The notes beneath the pieces were generated by a model. The model had not been told where the DNA came from. It did not search any database and was given only the letters and a program-made list of their open reading frames with translations. DNA of 36,930 nucleotides, taken from contig JAGWQP010000314.1 of assembly GCA_028876805.1 (NCBI GenBank), positions 1 to 36,930 on the forward strand, given 5' to 3'. This DNA is from Acidobacteriota bacterium (GTDB lineage Bacteria; Acidobacteriota; Terriglobia; Bryobacterales; Bryobacteraceae). Both the position numbers and the translations under genes were made by a program. Positions 9,755-18,915 of the stretch are shown piece by piece. Each line of letters starts with the position of its first letter. The stretch's first letter is position 1.

Positions 9755-10090
9755 CTACTCGCCCGGCGTTACGGCTTTCGGCGATTTCTGGGAACCGCTC
9801 GGTGGATGTTGGCGTTGTGAGGTCAGTCGAGGCATGGTCAAAATGGTCCATATCGTTCCTGCGGCTAGCACCAGTACAGTAAACAACACCACCGCCGACT
9901 GCCATATCGTGAGCAGTCCGAACAACGAGAGAATTGCAACAGCATTGGCGGCCAACACGGCCAGCACCAGAAACACCGCCGTCGCCTGGTGCCAGATCGA
10001 CAGGGCTCCCGGATGCCCCTCTCGGGAGTTTTCGTGTGAGCGGCCGTCACTACGGCCAAAGAACAACAGCAGCCTGCGGGTATTCGTCAC
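9755..10090 (-). CDS. Small integral membrane protein, function unknown
   Basis: GTG start with AGGAG five nt upstream. Two to three hydrophobic helices (AVFLVLAVLAANAVAILSLFGLLTIW, AVVLFTVLVLAAGTIWTIL). Confidence 0.6.
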   Translation of the reverse strand: MTNTRRLLLFFGRSDGRSHENSREGHPGALSIWHQATAVFLVLAVLAANAVAILSLFGLLTIWQSAVVLFTVLVLAAGTIWTILTMPRLTSQRQHPPSGSQKSPKAVTPGE

Positions 10091-10131
10091 GGTGTCGCTC
10101 CTTTTCAGCTAACGGCGACAGTCGGAGTCCA

Positions 10132-10242
10132 GGGCTTCGAAGCCCCTTATCTCACGTCTCACGATATCGTAGGCTCGCCATAAATTTGTTTGCGGGTTAT
10201 CAACCAAGTTGTAAACGATGTCCCGTGAAATGTAAACAAATC
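10132..10242. promoter_or_regulatory. AT-rich repeat/palindrome cluster in a divergent intergenic region (candidate operator sites)
   Basis: Perfect palindromes GGGCTTCGAAGCCC (10132-10145) and ACGATATCGT (10161-10170). Direct repeat TGTAAAC at 10210-10216 and 10231-10237, spaced 21 nt. Inverted arms ATTTGTTT (10184-10191) and AAACAAAT (10234-10241). Confidence 0.25.
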
Positions 10243-10425
10243 AGCGGCGGTTCCGGAGTAACAAACGTCACCGATCTCGGTCGAGTGCGGAACGAGGATG
10301 GACGAAGCCCAGAATCAATCTTCCCACTGCGATGCGCGCTCGAGCGGCGGGTTATATACTACCGACTGGCTGCGAGTGCAAAACGGTGACCCTAGCTTTT
10401 GCTGGGCCCCTAGAAGGAGGACTCC

Positions 10426-12099
10426 ATGGGCAATCGAAGGCGAGCTCGAAGCGTGATCCCGCGATCGTCCGCCCTGGGCCGGCGAGATCTCATCAAGTTG
10501 GGTATTGGCACTGGTGTTGGTTGGAAGGCGCTTCCCTTGGGGGCTCAGCAACTGCCGGCGCTTCCGACCGATGGCTTGGGACAGACATCTTCGCAAAACG
10601 TCCAACATTGGCCCGACATTCAAAAGAGCCAAGAAGTTGCGGCCACGACGCAAACCGGCTACACGGTGTCCACTGGGCCAGGTTGGGTCAACAACTCCGG
10701 CCGCGCTTTTGGCAACGGGCCAATGGACGAGTGCAGCCGCCGCATCGTCGAATTTGTGAGTTCCTACTCCGAATCGAAGTTGACGGATTCACTGATCGAG
10801 ACGATCAATTATCTGATGGTGGACACGCTGGGAACGGTATATGGCGGATTCGAATCCGAGCCCATCCGAATCGGCGCCCGATTGGCGCAAACGATGCCCG
10901 GGCCTTGCACTGTCTTTGGCTACGGGATCAAAACCACTTACGAGATGGCCGCGTTCACCAATGCCGCCATGATCCGCCACACCGATTTCAACGCCGCGCC
11001 GCACAATAACGAAATGTTCGGCGGCGTTCTGGCAGTCGGCGAGGCGCTTCACTCGACCGGACCCCAAGTCATGGCCGCGATGGTGATCGCCTATGAGGTC
11101 GTGACCGCCATCGGTAACACCGGGCTGGGCAGTTACGATCCGAGCGGCTGGGACTGCCCGTACCACAGCGTGGGGGCCGCTATGGGAGCGGGCAAGCTGA
11201 TGGGGTTAGACAGGGACCAACTCGCCAATGCTTTGTCGCTCGCTCTGGTGCCGCACATGCCGATGTATGTATGCCACATCGGGGTGCAATCGATGTGGAA
11301 AGGCACGCATAGCGCCGAACAGGTCCGCAACGGAATCTGGGGCGCAATGCTGGCACGCGAGGGAATGACCGGCCCGGCGACGCCGTTCGAAGGCCGCGAC
11401 GGACTGATCGCCCATATCGGACCGTTTACCAGGGACCTGCGGTTTCCCACCAGTCCAGACGGGCGAATGGCGCTCGAAACGATACACCGAGACGGCGGCG
11501 GCTATAAACGGATTGCCTCCGAAGGAAACACCCAGAATTTTCACCAGAATATCGCTCCGGACCTGATTCGCTGGACCCGGCCCGAAGAGATCGCATCGAT
11601 TGACGTCCAATTCCAATATTTCGGGTGGCAGGAAATTTCAGACCCTCCCAAGTGGGACCCGCGAAATCGTGAGACCGCCGATCACAGCATGCCGTACAAC
11701 ATCGCCCGCCATATCCTTGACAAGCAAATCTACCTCGATTCGTTCACCAAGGAAAAATACATGGATCCGGCGGTGCGGGAACTGATGAACAGGATCACCA
11801 TACGTCCGCTCCTCGACCGGAGTATCGGCCAGGGAACGGTTGTCACGGTCGACAAAAAGTCAGGAGAACAGCGCGTGTTTTTGGGGAAGGCGATAGCGCC
11901 GATGTCCCACGCCGACCTCATCGAGAAGTACAATCGTCTCGCCGATTTCATGCAGGTAAGTAAGGAGCAGCGAGAACGCGCGCGCGCGCAGTGGATGAAC
12001 CTGCGAGCTTCGAAGGACATCGCGGAGCCGATACAAACAATCGCGAAGTTCGGCCAGGCGAAGCCCCTATCGGACCGCAGCCCGGCCCGTATAGCTTAG
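10426..12099 (+). CDS. MmgE/PrpD-family protein with a twin-arginine export signal
   Basis: GAAGGAGG ribosome binding site. N-terminus ...SSALGRRDLIKLGIGTGVGWKALPLGAQQ. PrpD-like blocks MVDTLGTVYGGFESEP, NAAMIRHTDFN and HSVGAAMGAGKLMGLDRDQLANALSLAL. Confidence 0.8.
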   Translation: MGNRRRARSVIPRSSALGRRDLIKLGIGTGVGWKALPLGAQQLPALPTDGLGQTSSQNVQHWPDIQKSQEVAATTQTGYTVSTGPGWVNNSGRAFGNGPMDECSRRIVEFVSSYSESKLTDSLIETINYLMVDTLGTVYGGFESEPIRIGARLAQTMPGPCTVFGYGIKTTYEMAAFTNAAMIRHTDFNAAPHNNEMFGGVLAVGEALHSTGPQVMAAMVIAYEVVTAIGNTGLGSYDPSGWDCPYHSVGAAMGAGKLMGLDRDQLANALSLALVPHMPMYVCHIGVQSMWKGTHSAEQVRNGIWGAMLAREGMTGPATPFEGRDGLIAHIGPFTRDLRFPTSPDGRMALETIHRDGGGYKRIASEGNTQNFHQNIAPDLIRWTRPEEIASIDVQFQYFGWQEISDPPKWDPRNRETADHSMPYNIARHILDKQIYLDSFTKEKYMDPAVRELMNRITIRPLLDRSIGQGTVVTVDKKSGEQRVFLGKAIAPMSHADLIEKYNRLADFMQVSKEQRERARAQWMNLRASKDIAEPIQTIAKFGQAKPLSDRSPARIA

Positions 12100-12211
12100 C
12101 CAGGCCTGTGAAAATAACCGGGAGCGGGATCGCATGCGCAGAAAAGCGATGTATGATTACGGTTGCAATCGCCCGGTGTGACCGAGTATCCCAGCGTGGA
12201 GGAGAACCAAG

Positions 12212-13399
12212 ATGGGAATAAGTTGCCAACGCGGCCGGCTCCTATTGGCCGCCACCTGCCTCGTCATGGTATCCGGCACGGGAGGGGCTCTGCGGGCCCA
12301 ACCCCCTGTGCTCAGTATCACCTTGACTGGACAATCGATGATTCGATCGGATATTCGCGCGCATGCGCCGTCCGCGGTGCCGATCATCACGTCGCTCGTC
12401 AAGGGCGACGTGGTGTTTACCAACTTTGAATCGACGGTCCTTGACGAAAGAAAAGGCCAGTCGCCGAAAGACGGCCGCTTTCTCTCCCCGCCGCAAGCGA
12501 TCGAAGCCCTCAAAACGTTCGGTTTCAACCTGGTATCGCTGTCCAACAACCATTCGTTCGATCTCAAGCTCCCCGGCATTCAGAACACGCTCGAGCAGGT
12601 GAACCGCCTGAACTTGGCGCATGCCGGGATCGGGAACACGCTAGCGGAAGCGGTAACGCCGGGCTATTTGCGCACCCCCAAGGGTACGGTGGCCTTGGTG
12701 GCGATGGCTTCGGGCCTGGTTCCTGAGGGAGGGTCGGCCACGGCAACCCGGGCAGGAGTCAATGAGCTTCGCGTGGAAGCGAACAAGCCGAACGAGGAGG
12801 ATGCGCAACGCATTCTTCAGAGTATCCGGGTTGCCCGCAGGCAAGCCGACCTGGTCATCGTCTATGAGCACAACCACGTATTCGACAAGCCGTTCCGGAC
12901 GATTATGCTGGAAGAGCTGCCGGAGCGGCTCGCGCCGCCGGACTGGCTCAAGAAGTGGACGCACGCGGAGGTCGACCAAGGCGCGGATATCATCGTGATG
13001 CACGGCGCGCCTCTTTTGCACGGTGTCGAGATTTATCGCGGCCGGCCGATCTTTTTCGATCTCGGGAATTTTATCTTTCAGGCGCCGCCGGCCGACATTT
13101 TGCTGGACGAACCGATCAACTGGGAAAGCGTGGTCGCCTACGTCGAGTACCAGGGGAAGAATCTCAAATCCATCAAGTTCCGGCCGATCGCGCAGAACAA
13201 GATTGGCCAGGGTCAGGCCGACACTCAGGACGAGCACACCAATAACCTCTTCCTGCAAACACGTGGCTTGCCTACGCCGGCGACCGGCGAGCAAGCGCAC
13301 TACATCCTGGCGCGGCTGGCCGATTTGTCGCGACCCTTCGGAACAGTGCTCGAGGTAAAGGGCGATATGGCGGAGATCAAGCTCAAAGGCGGGAATTAA
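12212..13399 (+). CDS. CapA/PGA_cap-family metallophosphatase-like protein, secreted
   Basis: GGAGGAG ribosome binding site and a signal-like N-terminus. CapA-like blocks VVFTNFESTV, GFNLVSLSNNHSFD, AHAGIG and LVIVYEHNH. Confidence 0.8.
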   Translation: MGISCQRGRLLLAATCLVMVSGTGGALRAQPPVLSITLTGQSMIRSDIRAHAPSAVPIITSLVKGDVVFTNFESTVLDERKGQSPKDGRFLSPPQAIEALKTFGFNLVSLSNNHSFDLKLPGIQNTLEQVNRLNLAHAGIGNTLAEAVTPGYLRTPKGTVALVAMASGLVPEGGSATATRAGVNELRVEANKPNEEDAQRILQSIRVARRQADLVIVYEHNHVFDKPFRTIMLEELPERLAPPDWLKKWTHAEVDQGADIIVMHGAPLLHGVEIYRGRPIFFDLGNFIFQAPPADILLDEPINWESVVAYVEYQGKNLKSIKFRPIAQNKIGQGQADTQDEHTNNLFLQTRGLPTPATGEQAHYILARLADLSRPFGTVLEVKGDMAEIKLKGGN

Positions 13400-13551
13400 C
13401 TCAATCGTCGTTGAGCGCGTAACGACTCCGGTCATCCGACGACGCCTCGATGGAACGTTAGAGCCGTCATGCGGTTGTCATAGCGTTTGTTACCACTTGT
13501 AACGGTTGGCCTCAGGAAGATTCATGCGCCGGCGCATAGCGGGCGGCCCGC

Positions 13552-14400
13552 GTGGAGATCACACTCGTCGTCGGGCAGGCTTACCAAACCGAGGAGGTGA
13601 GTGCTCTGTCTGAACGAGAACTTTCCTCAGTTGGTGGCACAGGCGCCCAACGTGACGTAGGGGTTTACGCCTGCCAGCATTTCCGTCAGCCGCCAGGGGG
13701 CCACCGCGTGAATCAAAATATCTCGGTCGTCGGGAGGCGCGGCACGTCGAACAACTGCGCGTTGGAAGGAGGGGTTGCCGACACCGATCCCGATTTCAAA
13801 GTGTATATCCGGATCTCGTCGATCGATGCTCTCCAGGAATTTAAGGTGGTGAGCGGAATCTATCCCGCGGAGTTCGGACGCGAGGCGGCGCAGATCAACG
13901 TCTCGGCTAAGTCCGGGACTAATGACTTTCGAGTTCCTTCGCGACATCGATCTCGCCGCGAAGCCGTTTCGACTTCCTTGCTACCAGTCCTGCAAAAGCT
14001 CCCCTGCACGCAGACAGTCTGGCGTTTTACGCCGACGATACGGACACGATAACGCCCAAGCCGGCGCTCACCGTCGCCTCGCGATGGGAAATGACCCAGC
14101 TCTCGCTCGATACGATGCAGAGCATGACCAAATTCAGTATGCCTCTCCGCAGGGCGCCCAGGCTAGACCCATCCGCTCTCCGGTCTTCGTTCGCGCAGGC
14201 ACCCACGGCTGAGGGCTTGAATCACGTTTATGAAAACGGCGCGGGCGTGGGTCAGCCCGGCCCGGTTCCGGTCGCCAGGGATGGCTGGCTGGGCGCGCTC
14301 ATAGTCGCGACGGATTGGAACAATTTCGCGCCGCGCGTAGGCATCGCCTACAGCCCCAACTCCCGCCGACGATCGAGCGGGAGACTTGCCAATTCTCCTC
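13552..14400 (+). pseudogene. Remnant of a TonB-dependent receptor, frameshifted and truncated at both ends
   Basis: Collinear receptor motifs spread over at least three frames: ISVVGRRGTSNN..., IDALQEFKVVSGIYPAEFGREAAQINVSAKSGTND, FEFLRDIDLAAKPF, SLAFYADDTDTITPKPALTV..RWE and DWNNFAPRVGIAYSP. About 290 codons remain of a family that is usually around 1000 aa. The N-terminal regulatory/plug start and the whole C-terminal barrel half are missing. Confidence 0.7.
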
Positions 14401-14514
14401 TTCCCGGCGCCTGCGCGGTGAATGCTTGGCGACCGATTCCGACCCTGGCGGTTTCTCGAGAAACCGCTGAGCATTCCACCTCCAGCTGGAGTACAATCTC
14501 GGCGAGGTGTCGCC

Positions 14515-15732
14515 ATGAAGGACTCAGGACCATCCAGTCGCCGTCAACTGTTGCGGATGAGTGCTGCTGTGGGCGGAGGGCTGCTAGCCAGGCCCGATCG
14601 GCCGCGTGCTGCCGAAGACATGCCGAGCGAGTTGGGCGCTCCGCTGGGACCCTATGGGGACCGGTCGCCGTTTGAGAAAGCGGTGCGGTGGAGGCGGGAC
14701 ACCAAGACACCGCAGACCGGCTCTAGCTTTACCCCCCTCGAAGATTCGGTCGGGACTCTGACGCCGTCCTCGCTGCATTACGAGCGGCATCACTCCGGGA
14801 TCCCCACCATCGATCCGTCGCGGCATCGGCTCCTGATCCACGGGATGGTCGAACGTCCCCTTTCGCTGAGCATGGCGGATATTCGGCGCCTGCCCTCGGT
14901 ATCGCGAATCTTCGTTCTCGAATGTGGCGGGAACAGCGGCTCCGAATGGGCCGCCAAGACCGCGCCCGATGTGCAGCGGAGCCACGGCCTGGCGAGTTGC
15001 AGCGAATGGAACGGCGTGCCGCTCTCTCTGGTGCTCACCGAGGCGCGCATCCGGTCCGGCGCCGCTTGGGTCATCGCCGAAGGAGCGGATGCCTGCCGGA
15101 TGGAGCGCAGCATCCCGTTGCCGAAAGCGATGGACGACATCCTGCTCGCTTACGGACAAAACGGCGAAGCGCTCCGTCCCGCGCAAGGCTACCCGCTGCG
15201 CTTGATCATCCCAGGCTGGGAGGGAAACGCGAACGTCAAGTGGCTTCATAGCCTGAAGCTGGCCGATCAACCCTACATGGCCCGGGACGAAACTGCCAAG
15301 TACACGGACCTGATGCCCGACGGCAAGGCGCGGCTGTTTAGCTATCAGATGGAGGCGAAATCGGTCATCACATTTCCATCAGGCGGCCAGACATTGTCCT
15401 CGCCGGGCCTGTATGAGCTGACGGGCCTGGCGTGGTCCGGCCACGGCAGGATCGAGCGCGTCGAGATCACCACTGATGGAGGGCGAAACTGGGCGAAAGC
15501 GCTACTGCAGGAGCCGCGGCTTCCGATTGCGTTTACACGATTCCGGCTACCCTGGCGTTTCGACGGCCGCGAGGCCGTCATCGCCTCCCGCGCGACCGAT
15601 GAAAGCGGATACGTGCAACCTACCCGCGACGCTCTGATCGCGGTGCGCGGGACTAATTCTGCGTATCACTACAACGGCATCAAGCTCTGGAAGGTGCATG
15701 CCGACGGGACGGTGACGAATGTGGAGGTCTAG
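14515..15732 (+). CDS. sorA: Sulfite dehydrogenase/oxidase-like molybdopterin subunit with Tat signal
   Basis: ATG 14515 gives MKDSGPSSRRQLLRMSAAVGGGLLA. Moco-domain blocks HYERHHSGIPTIDPSRHRLLIHGMVERPLSLSMADIRRLP, LECGGNS (Moco cysteine context) and GYPLRLIIPGWEGNANVKWL. A C-terminal dimerisation-like domain follows. Confidence 0.85.
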   Translation: MKDSGPSSRRQLLRMSAAVGGGLLARPDRPRAAEDMPSELGAPLGPYGDRSPFEKAVRWRRDTKTPQTGSSFTPLEDSVGTLTPSSLHYERHHSGIPTIDPSRHRLLIHGMVERPLSLSMADIRRLPSVSRIFVLECGGNSGSEWAAKTAPDVQRSHGLASCSEWNGVPLSLVLTEARIRSGAAWVIAEGADACRMERSIPLPKAMDDILLAYGQNGEALRPAQGYPLRLIIPGWEGNANVKWLHSLKLADQPYMARDETAKYTDLMPDGKARLFSYQMEAKSVITFPSGGQTLSSPGLYELTGLAWSGHGRIERVEITTDGGRNWAKALLQEPRLPIAFTRFRLPWRFDGREAVIASRATDESGYVQPTRDALIAVRGTNSAYHYNGIKLWKVHADGTVTNVEV

Positions 15733-15734
15733 GG

Positions 15735-16277
15735 ATGGTAAAGCCTAGCGCGATGGTGTTGCTTGCCGCCGCGGCTTTGGCGGCGCAATCGGCCAAGTAC
15801 GGGGTCGGACGACCGCCGACCGAGGACGAGATCCGGGGCTTGGGCCTCGCGATCGCACCCGACGGAACCGGCCTGCCGGAAGGCTCGGGAACGGCTGTGG
15901 CCGGACGCGAGGTCTTCGCCGCCTTGTGCTCCCGGTGCCACGGCGATAAGGGAGAGGGCGGCATCGGGCCACCGCTCGTCGGTGGCCAAGGGACCCTCGC
16001 TACGGCCAAACCGCTTAAGACGGTTGGCAGCTTTTGGCCGTACGCAACCACCGTGTGGGATTACGTGAATCGAGCCATGCCGTTCGATCAGCCCGGACTG
16101 CTGAAACCGCCACAGGTCTACGCGGTAGTCGCGTACATTCTCAATCTCAACGGCATCATCGGAAGTGACCAGGTGATCGACGCCAAAAGCCTTCCGAAGG
16201 TGAAGATGCCGAACCGTGACGGCTTCGTGCCGGATCCGCGCCCCGATGTTGGAAACAAGACGAGGGCCAAGCGATGA
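15735..16277 (+). CDS. sorB: Monohaem cytochrome c, SorB-like electron acceptor
   Basis: Starts 2 nt after the sorA stop. Signal peptide, one CxxCH (CSRCHGDKGEGG) and a downstream Met context (VNRAMPF). Confidence 0.8.
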   Translation: MVKPSAMVLLAAAALAAQSAKYGVGRPPTEDEIRGLGLAIAPDGTGLPEGSGTAVAGREVFAALCSRCHGDKGEGGIGPPLVGGQGTLATAKPLKTVGSFWPYATTVWDYVNRAMPFDQPGLLKPPQVYAVVAYILNLNGIIGSDQVIDAKSLPKVKMPNRDGFVPDPRPDVGNKTRAKR

Positions 16278-17341
16278 CCCGTTTCCTTCCAGCTTTGTTC
16301 CTGGTTGCCGCCTGGTCGCTCGCTGCGCAGACCCGGCCTTTGGACATTTATTGGATTGACGTCGAGGGCGGTGCCGCCACGTTGATTGTCTCTCCCACGG
16401 GAGAATCTCTGCTTATCGACACCGGGTGGACGGTCGGTGACCGGGATGCGAAGCGTATCTACGCCGCGACCCAGGAGGCGGGCCTGAAGCGAATCGATCA
16501 CCTGCTGATCAGCCATTTCCACGCCGATCACGTAGGCGGTCTTGCCGCGCTCTCCAAGATGATTCCGATCGGCCGGTTCTTCGATCACGGCGACGCCATA
16601 GAGCCACAGAATCAGCAGTGGCTCGACAGCTACAAAGCTGCCTCCGCCGGCAAGCGGACCATCGTGAAACCTGGGGACGCGATTCCCGTCAAGGGTGTCC
16701 GGACTCTGGTGGTTTCTTCCGATGAACGGGTCCTTGCGACCGCCATTAATGGCGGCGGGCCGAACCCGCTCTGCACGGACGCCGAGCAGAAGGCTCCGGT
16801 CGCCCCCGAGAACCAGCGCACGGTTGGCGTGCTGCTCACCTATGGCAAGTTCAAATTCCTCGACCTGATCGACCTCGATTGGGAAAAGGAAATGGAGTTG
16901 GCGTGTCCGGTAAACAAGCTCGGCCAGGTCACCCTCTATCAGAGCAGCCGCCACGGCTCACTCGATGGCGCCGGGGCGCCGGCATTTCTCGGGGCCATTC
17001 GGCCGCAGGTCGTCGTCGTGAACAACGGACCGCGGAAAGGCCTGGGGCAGGTTGACAACACCGTCAAATCGCTGACTCCATCTGGCAAGCGGACCGCTCC
17101 GTACGAAAAGAACTCGTATCAACGCTTGGCGAAGCAACCGGGAATCGAAGACATCTGGCAGCAACACCTGTCGCTGTTAGATCCGGACCCGAGCCACAAC
17201 ACCGGGGAAAACATGATCGCGAACCTCGAGGACACGGCGGAGTGCAAGGGGCACTGGATCAAAGCTTCCGTCCAGCAAAGCGGCAAGTTTTCCGTCACCA
17301 ACAGCCGCAATGGGTTCAGTAAGACTTACCTCGCCCGTTGA
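16274..17341 (+). CDS. Exported metallo-beta-lactamase-fold protein
   Basis: ATGA start/stop overlap with sorB. Signal peptide MTRFLPALFLVAAWSLAAQT. Metal motif LLISHFHADHVGG. Confidence 0.85.
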   Translation: MTRFLPALFLVAAWSLAAQTRPLDIYWIDVEGGAATLIVSPTGESLLIDTGWTVGDRDAKRIYAATQEAGLKRIDHLLISHFHADHVGGLAALSKMIPIGRFFDHGDAIEPQNQQWLDSYKAASAGKRTIVKPGDAIPVKGVRTLVVSSDERVLATAINGGGPNPLCTDAEQKAPVAPENQRTVGVLLTYGKFKFLDLIDLDWEKEMELACPVNKLGQVTLYQSSRHGSLDGAGAPAFLGAIRPQVVVVNNGPRKGLGQVDNTVKSLTPSGKRTAPYEKNSYQRLAKQPGIEDIWQQHLSLLDPDPSHNTGENMIANLEDTAECKGHWIKASVQQSGKFSVTNSRNGFSKTYLAR

Positions 17342-17473
17342 AGTGATTACGCCGAGGTACCCGCCGGACATCGCGTGGGCGGTCGGATGTAGAATATACG
17401 GAGCCGGAAGGCATAACGGAAAATCCGATTAAGAGTGCTCTCGCAAGCAGCGCAGCTTCCGGGGAGGTGTGCG

Positions 17474-18913
17474 ATGAACATTAGAGGTGCTTTCGGGTCT
17501 CGCCAGGTGGCGTGGTCCGTGGCCGTCTTTGCTAGTTGCTTTGCGCCGGCTCTGTCTCGAGCGCAGTCGGGTGCGTCTTCCGGCGACATCACTTTCACGA
17601 GGGATATCGCGCCGATCCTCGAGCACCGTTGCCAGCAATGTCACCACTCGAACGGCGTCGCTCCGATGGCGCTTGTCACCTACGAGGAGGTTAGACCCTG
17701 GGCTCGCGCGATCAAGCTGCGGACCAGTCTCGGTCCTCACGCCGGCGTCATGCCGCCGTGGTTCGTGGAAAAAGATATCGGCATCCAGAAGTTCAAGAAC
17801 GATCCCTCTTTGACGGACGAGGAGATTGCCAAGATTGGCCTATGGGTGAACAACGGGGCGCCGCGCGGCAATCTGGCGGACCTGCCGCCTCCCCTCAATT
17901 TCGACGACTCCGATAAGTGGTCGATCGGCGAACCGGACCTGGTATTGAAATCCAAAGAGGTGGCGGTTCCTGCCACCGGACCGGACTGGTGGGGAGATGT
18001 GGGGCTCATTCCAACAGGCCTCACCGAAGATCGATATGTGTCTGCCGTCGAAGTCCGTGAAATCAATGACATCCCCAAAACCGGCCCGACCAAGACCGTG
18101 GGCGGGCGTTTCGTGTTCCACCACATGACCTATGTCAGCCTCGTGCCAGGCGAGCGCGATGCGAATAGCGCCGACGAAGGGGCAACGAGCTGGCCAATTC
18201 ACGAGGTCGGGCGCAACGCGGATCTGTTTCCTCCCGAAGCCGGGCGGCTCCTGGCCGCCAATTCGGCCTTGTCGCTGACCGCCGGTCACATTCATTCCAA
18301 CGGGCGCGAAACCAAGGCGCACCTGGAATTCGCCTTCAAGTTCTTCCCGACCGGCTACAAGCCGCTCTACCGCCGCTCGAGCCTGCGTCTCGGCAACGGC
18401 ATCGACATCGACGTGAAGCCCAATCAGGCAAAGCAGGAGCTCCACGCCTACGCCACACTCGCCGAACACACCAAAATCATCGCCTTCGAACCCCACCTGC
18501 ACGCGCCGGGCGTGCGCATGTGCCTGGAAGCGATCTGGGGGCATAACATCCAGACGCTGAACTGTGTCGGCTACGACCACAACTGGGTGAAGCAATACGT
18601 GTACGACGATGATTCGGCGCCACTGCTTCCCAAGGGCACCATCGTTCACCTGATTGGTTTCCTTGACACGACGGCGGCCAACAAGAACCCCGCCGATCCC
18701 AGAAACTGGGCTGGCGGCGGCCGCCGCTCGATCGCGAACATGTTCATTGATCTTGGGTACTCGGTCGCGCTTACCGAAGAACAGTTTCAGGCGGAAATGG
18801 CCCGGCGACGCGCGAAAATGCAGAGCCGGAACGACTACGACATCGGCTGCCCTCTGTGCTGGGCGCCTCCGGTGCCGCCGCCGCCGCTTAGTGCCGCCGT
18901 GCAAGGGAAGTGA
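17474..18913 (+). CDS. Secreted protein with an N-terminal CxxCH motif and a PHM/DBH-like copper monooxygenase-like core
   Basis: GGGGAGG ribosome binding site before ATG 17474, then a signal peptide. DIAPILEHRCQQCHH...MPPW N-terminal module. Collinear candidate copper ligands FHHM, GHIH, PHLHAPGVRM and ANMF. Confidence 0.6.
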   Translation: MNIRGAFGSRQVAWSVAVFASCFAPALSRAQSGASSGDITFTRDIAPILEHRCQQCHHSNGVAPMALVTYEEVRPWARAIKLRTSLGPHAGVMPPWFVEKDIGIQKFKNDPSLTDEEIAKIGLWVNNGAPRGNLADLPPPLNFDDSDKWSIGEPDLVLKSKEVAVPATGPDWWGDVGLIPTGLTEDRYVSAVEVREINDIPKTGPTKTVGGRFVFHHMTYVSLVPGERDANSADEGATSWPIHEVGRNADLFPPEAGRLLAANSALSLTAGHIHSNGRETKAHLEFAFKFFPTGYKPLYRRSSLRLGNGIDIDVKPNQAKQELHAYATLAEHTKIIAFEPHLHAPGVRMCLEAIWGHNIQTLNCVGYDHNWVKQYVYDDDSAPLLPKGTIVHLIGFLDTTAANKNPADPRNWAGGGRRSIANMFIDLGYSVALTEEQFQAEMARRRAKMQSRNDYDIGCPLCWAPPVPPPPLSAAVQGK

Positions 18914-18915
18914 GG

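Noticed and set aside
12641-13435. A 264-aa minus-strand ORF; the same applies to 16118..16954 (minus), 17840..18904 (minus), 20360..21109 (plus), 1819..2436 (minus) and 35514..36329 (plus)
   Set aside because: All are antisense shadows of genes with clear family motifs (CapA-like, MBL, Cu-monooxygenase-like, pckG, the propeller protein, GMC). They have Arg/Gly/Val-rich composition and no ribosome binding sites.
13524-13537. Perfect 14-nt palindrome ATGCGCCGGCGCAT between the CapA-like gene and the receptor relic, checked as a possible terminator
   Set aside because: No U-rich tract follows on either strand, and GC-rich palindromes of this size are common in GC-rich DNA. Evidence for a function is insufficient.
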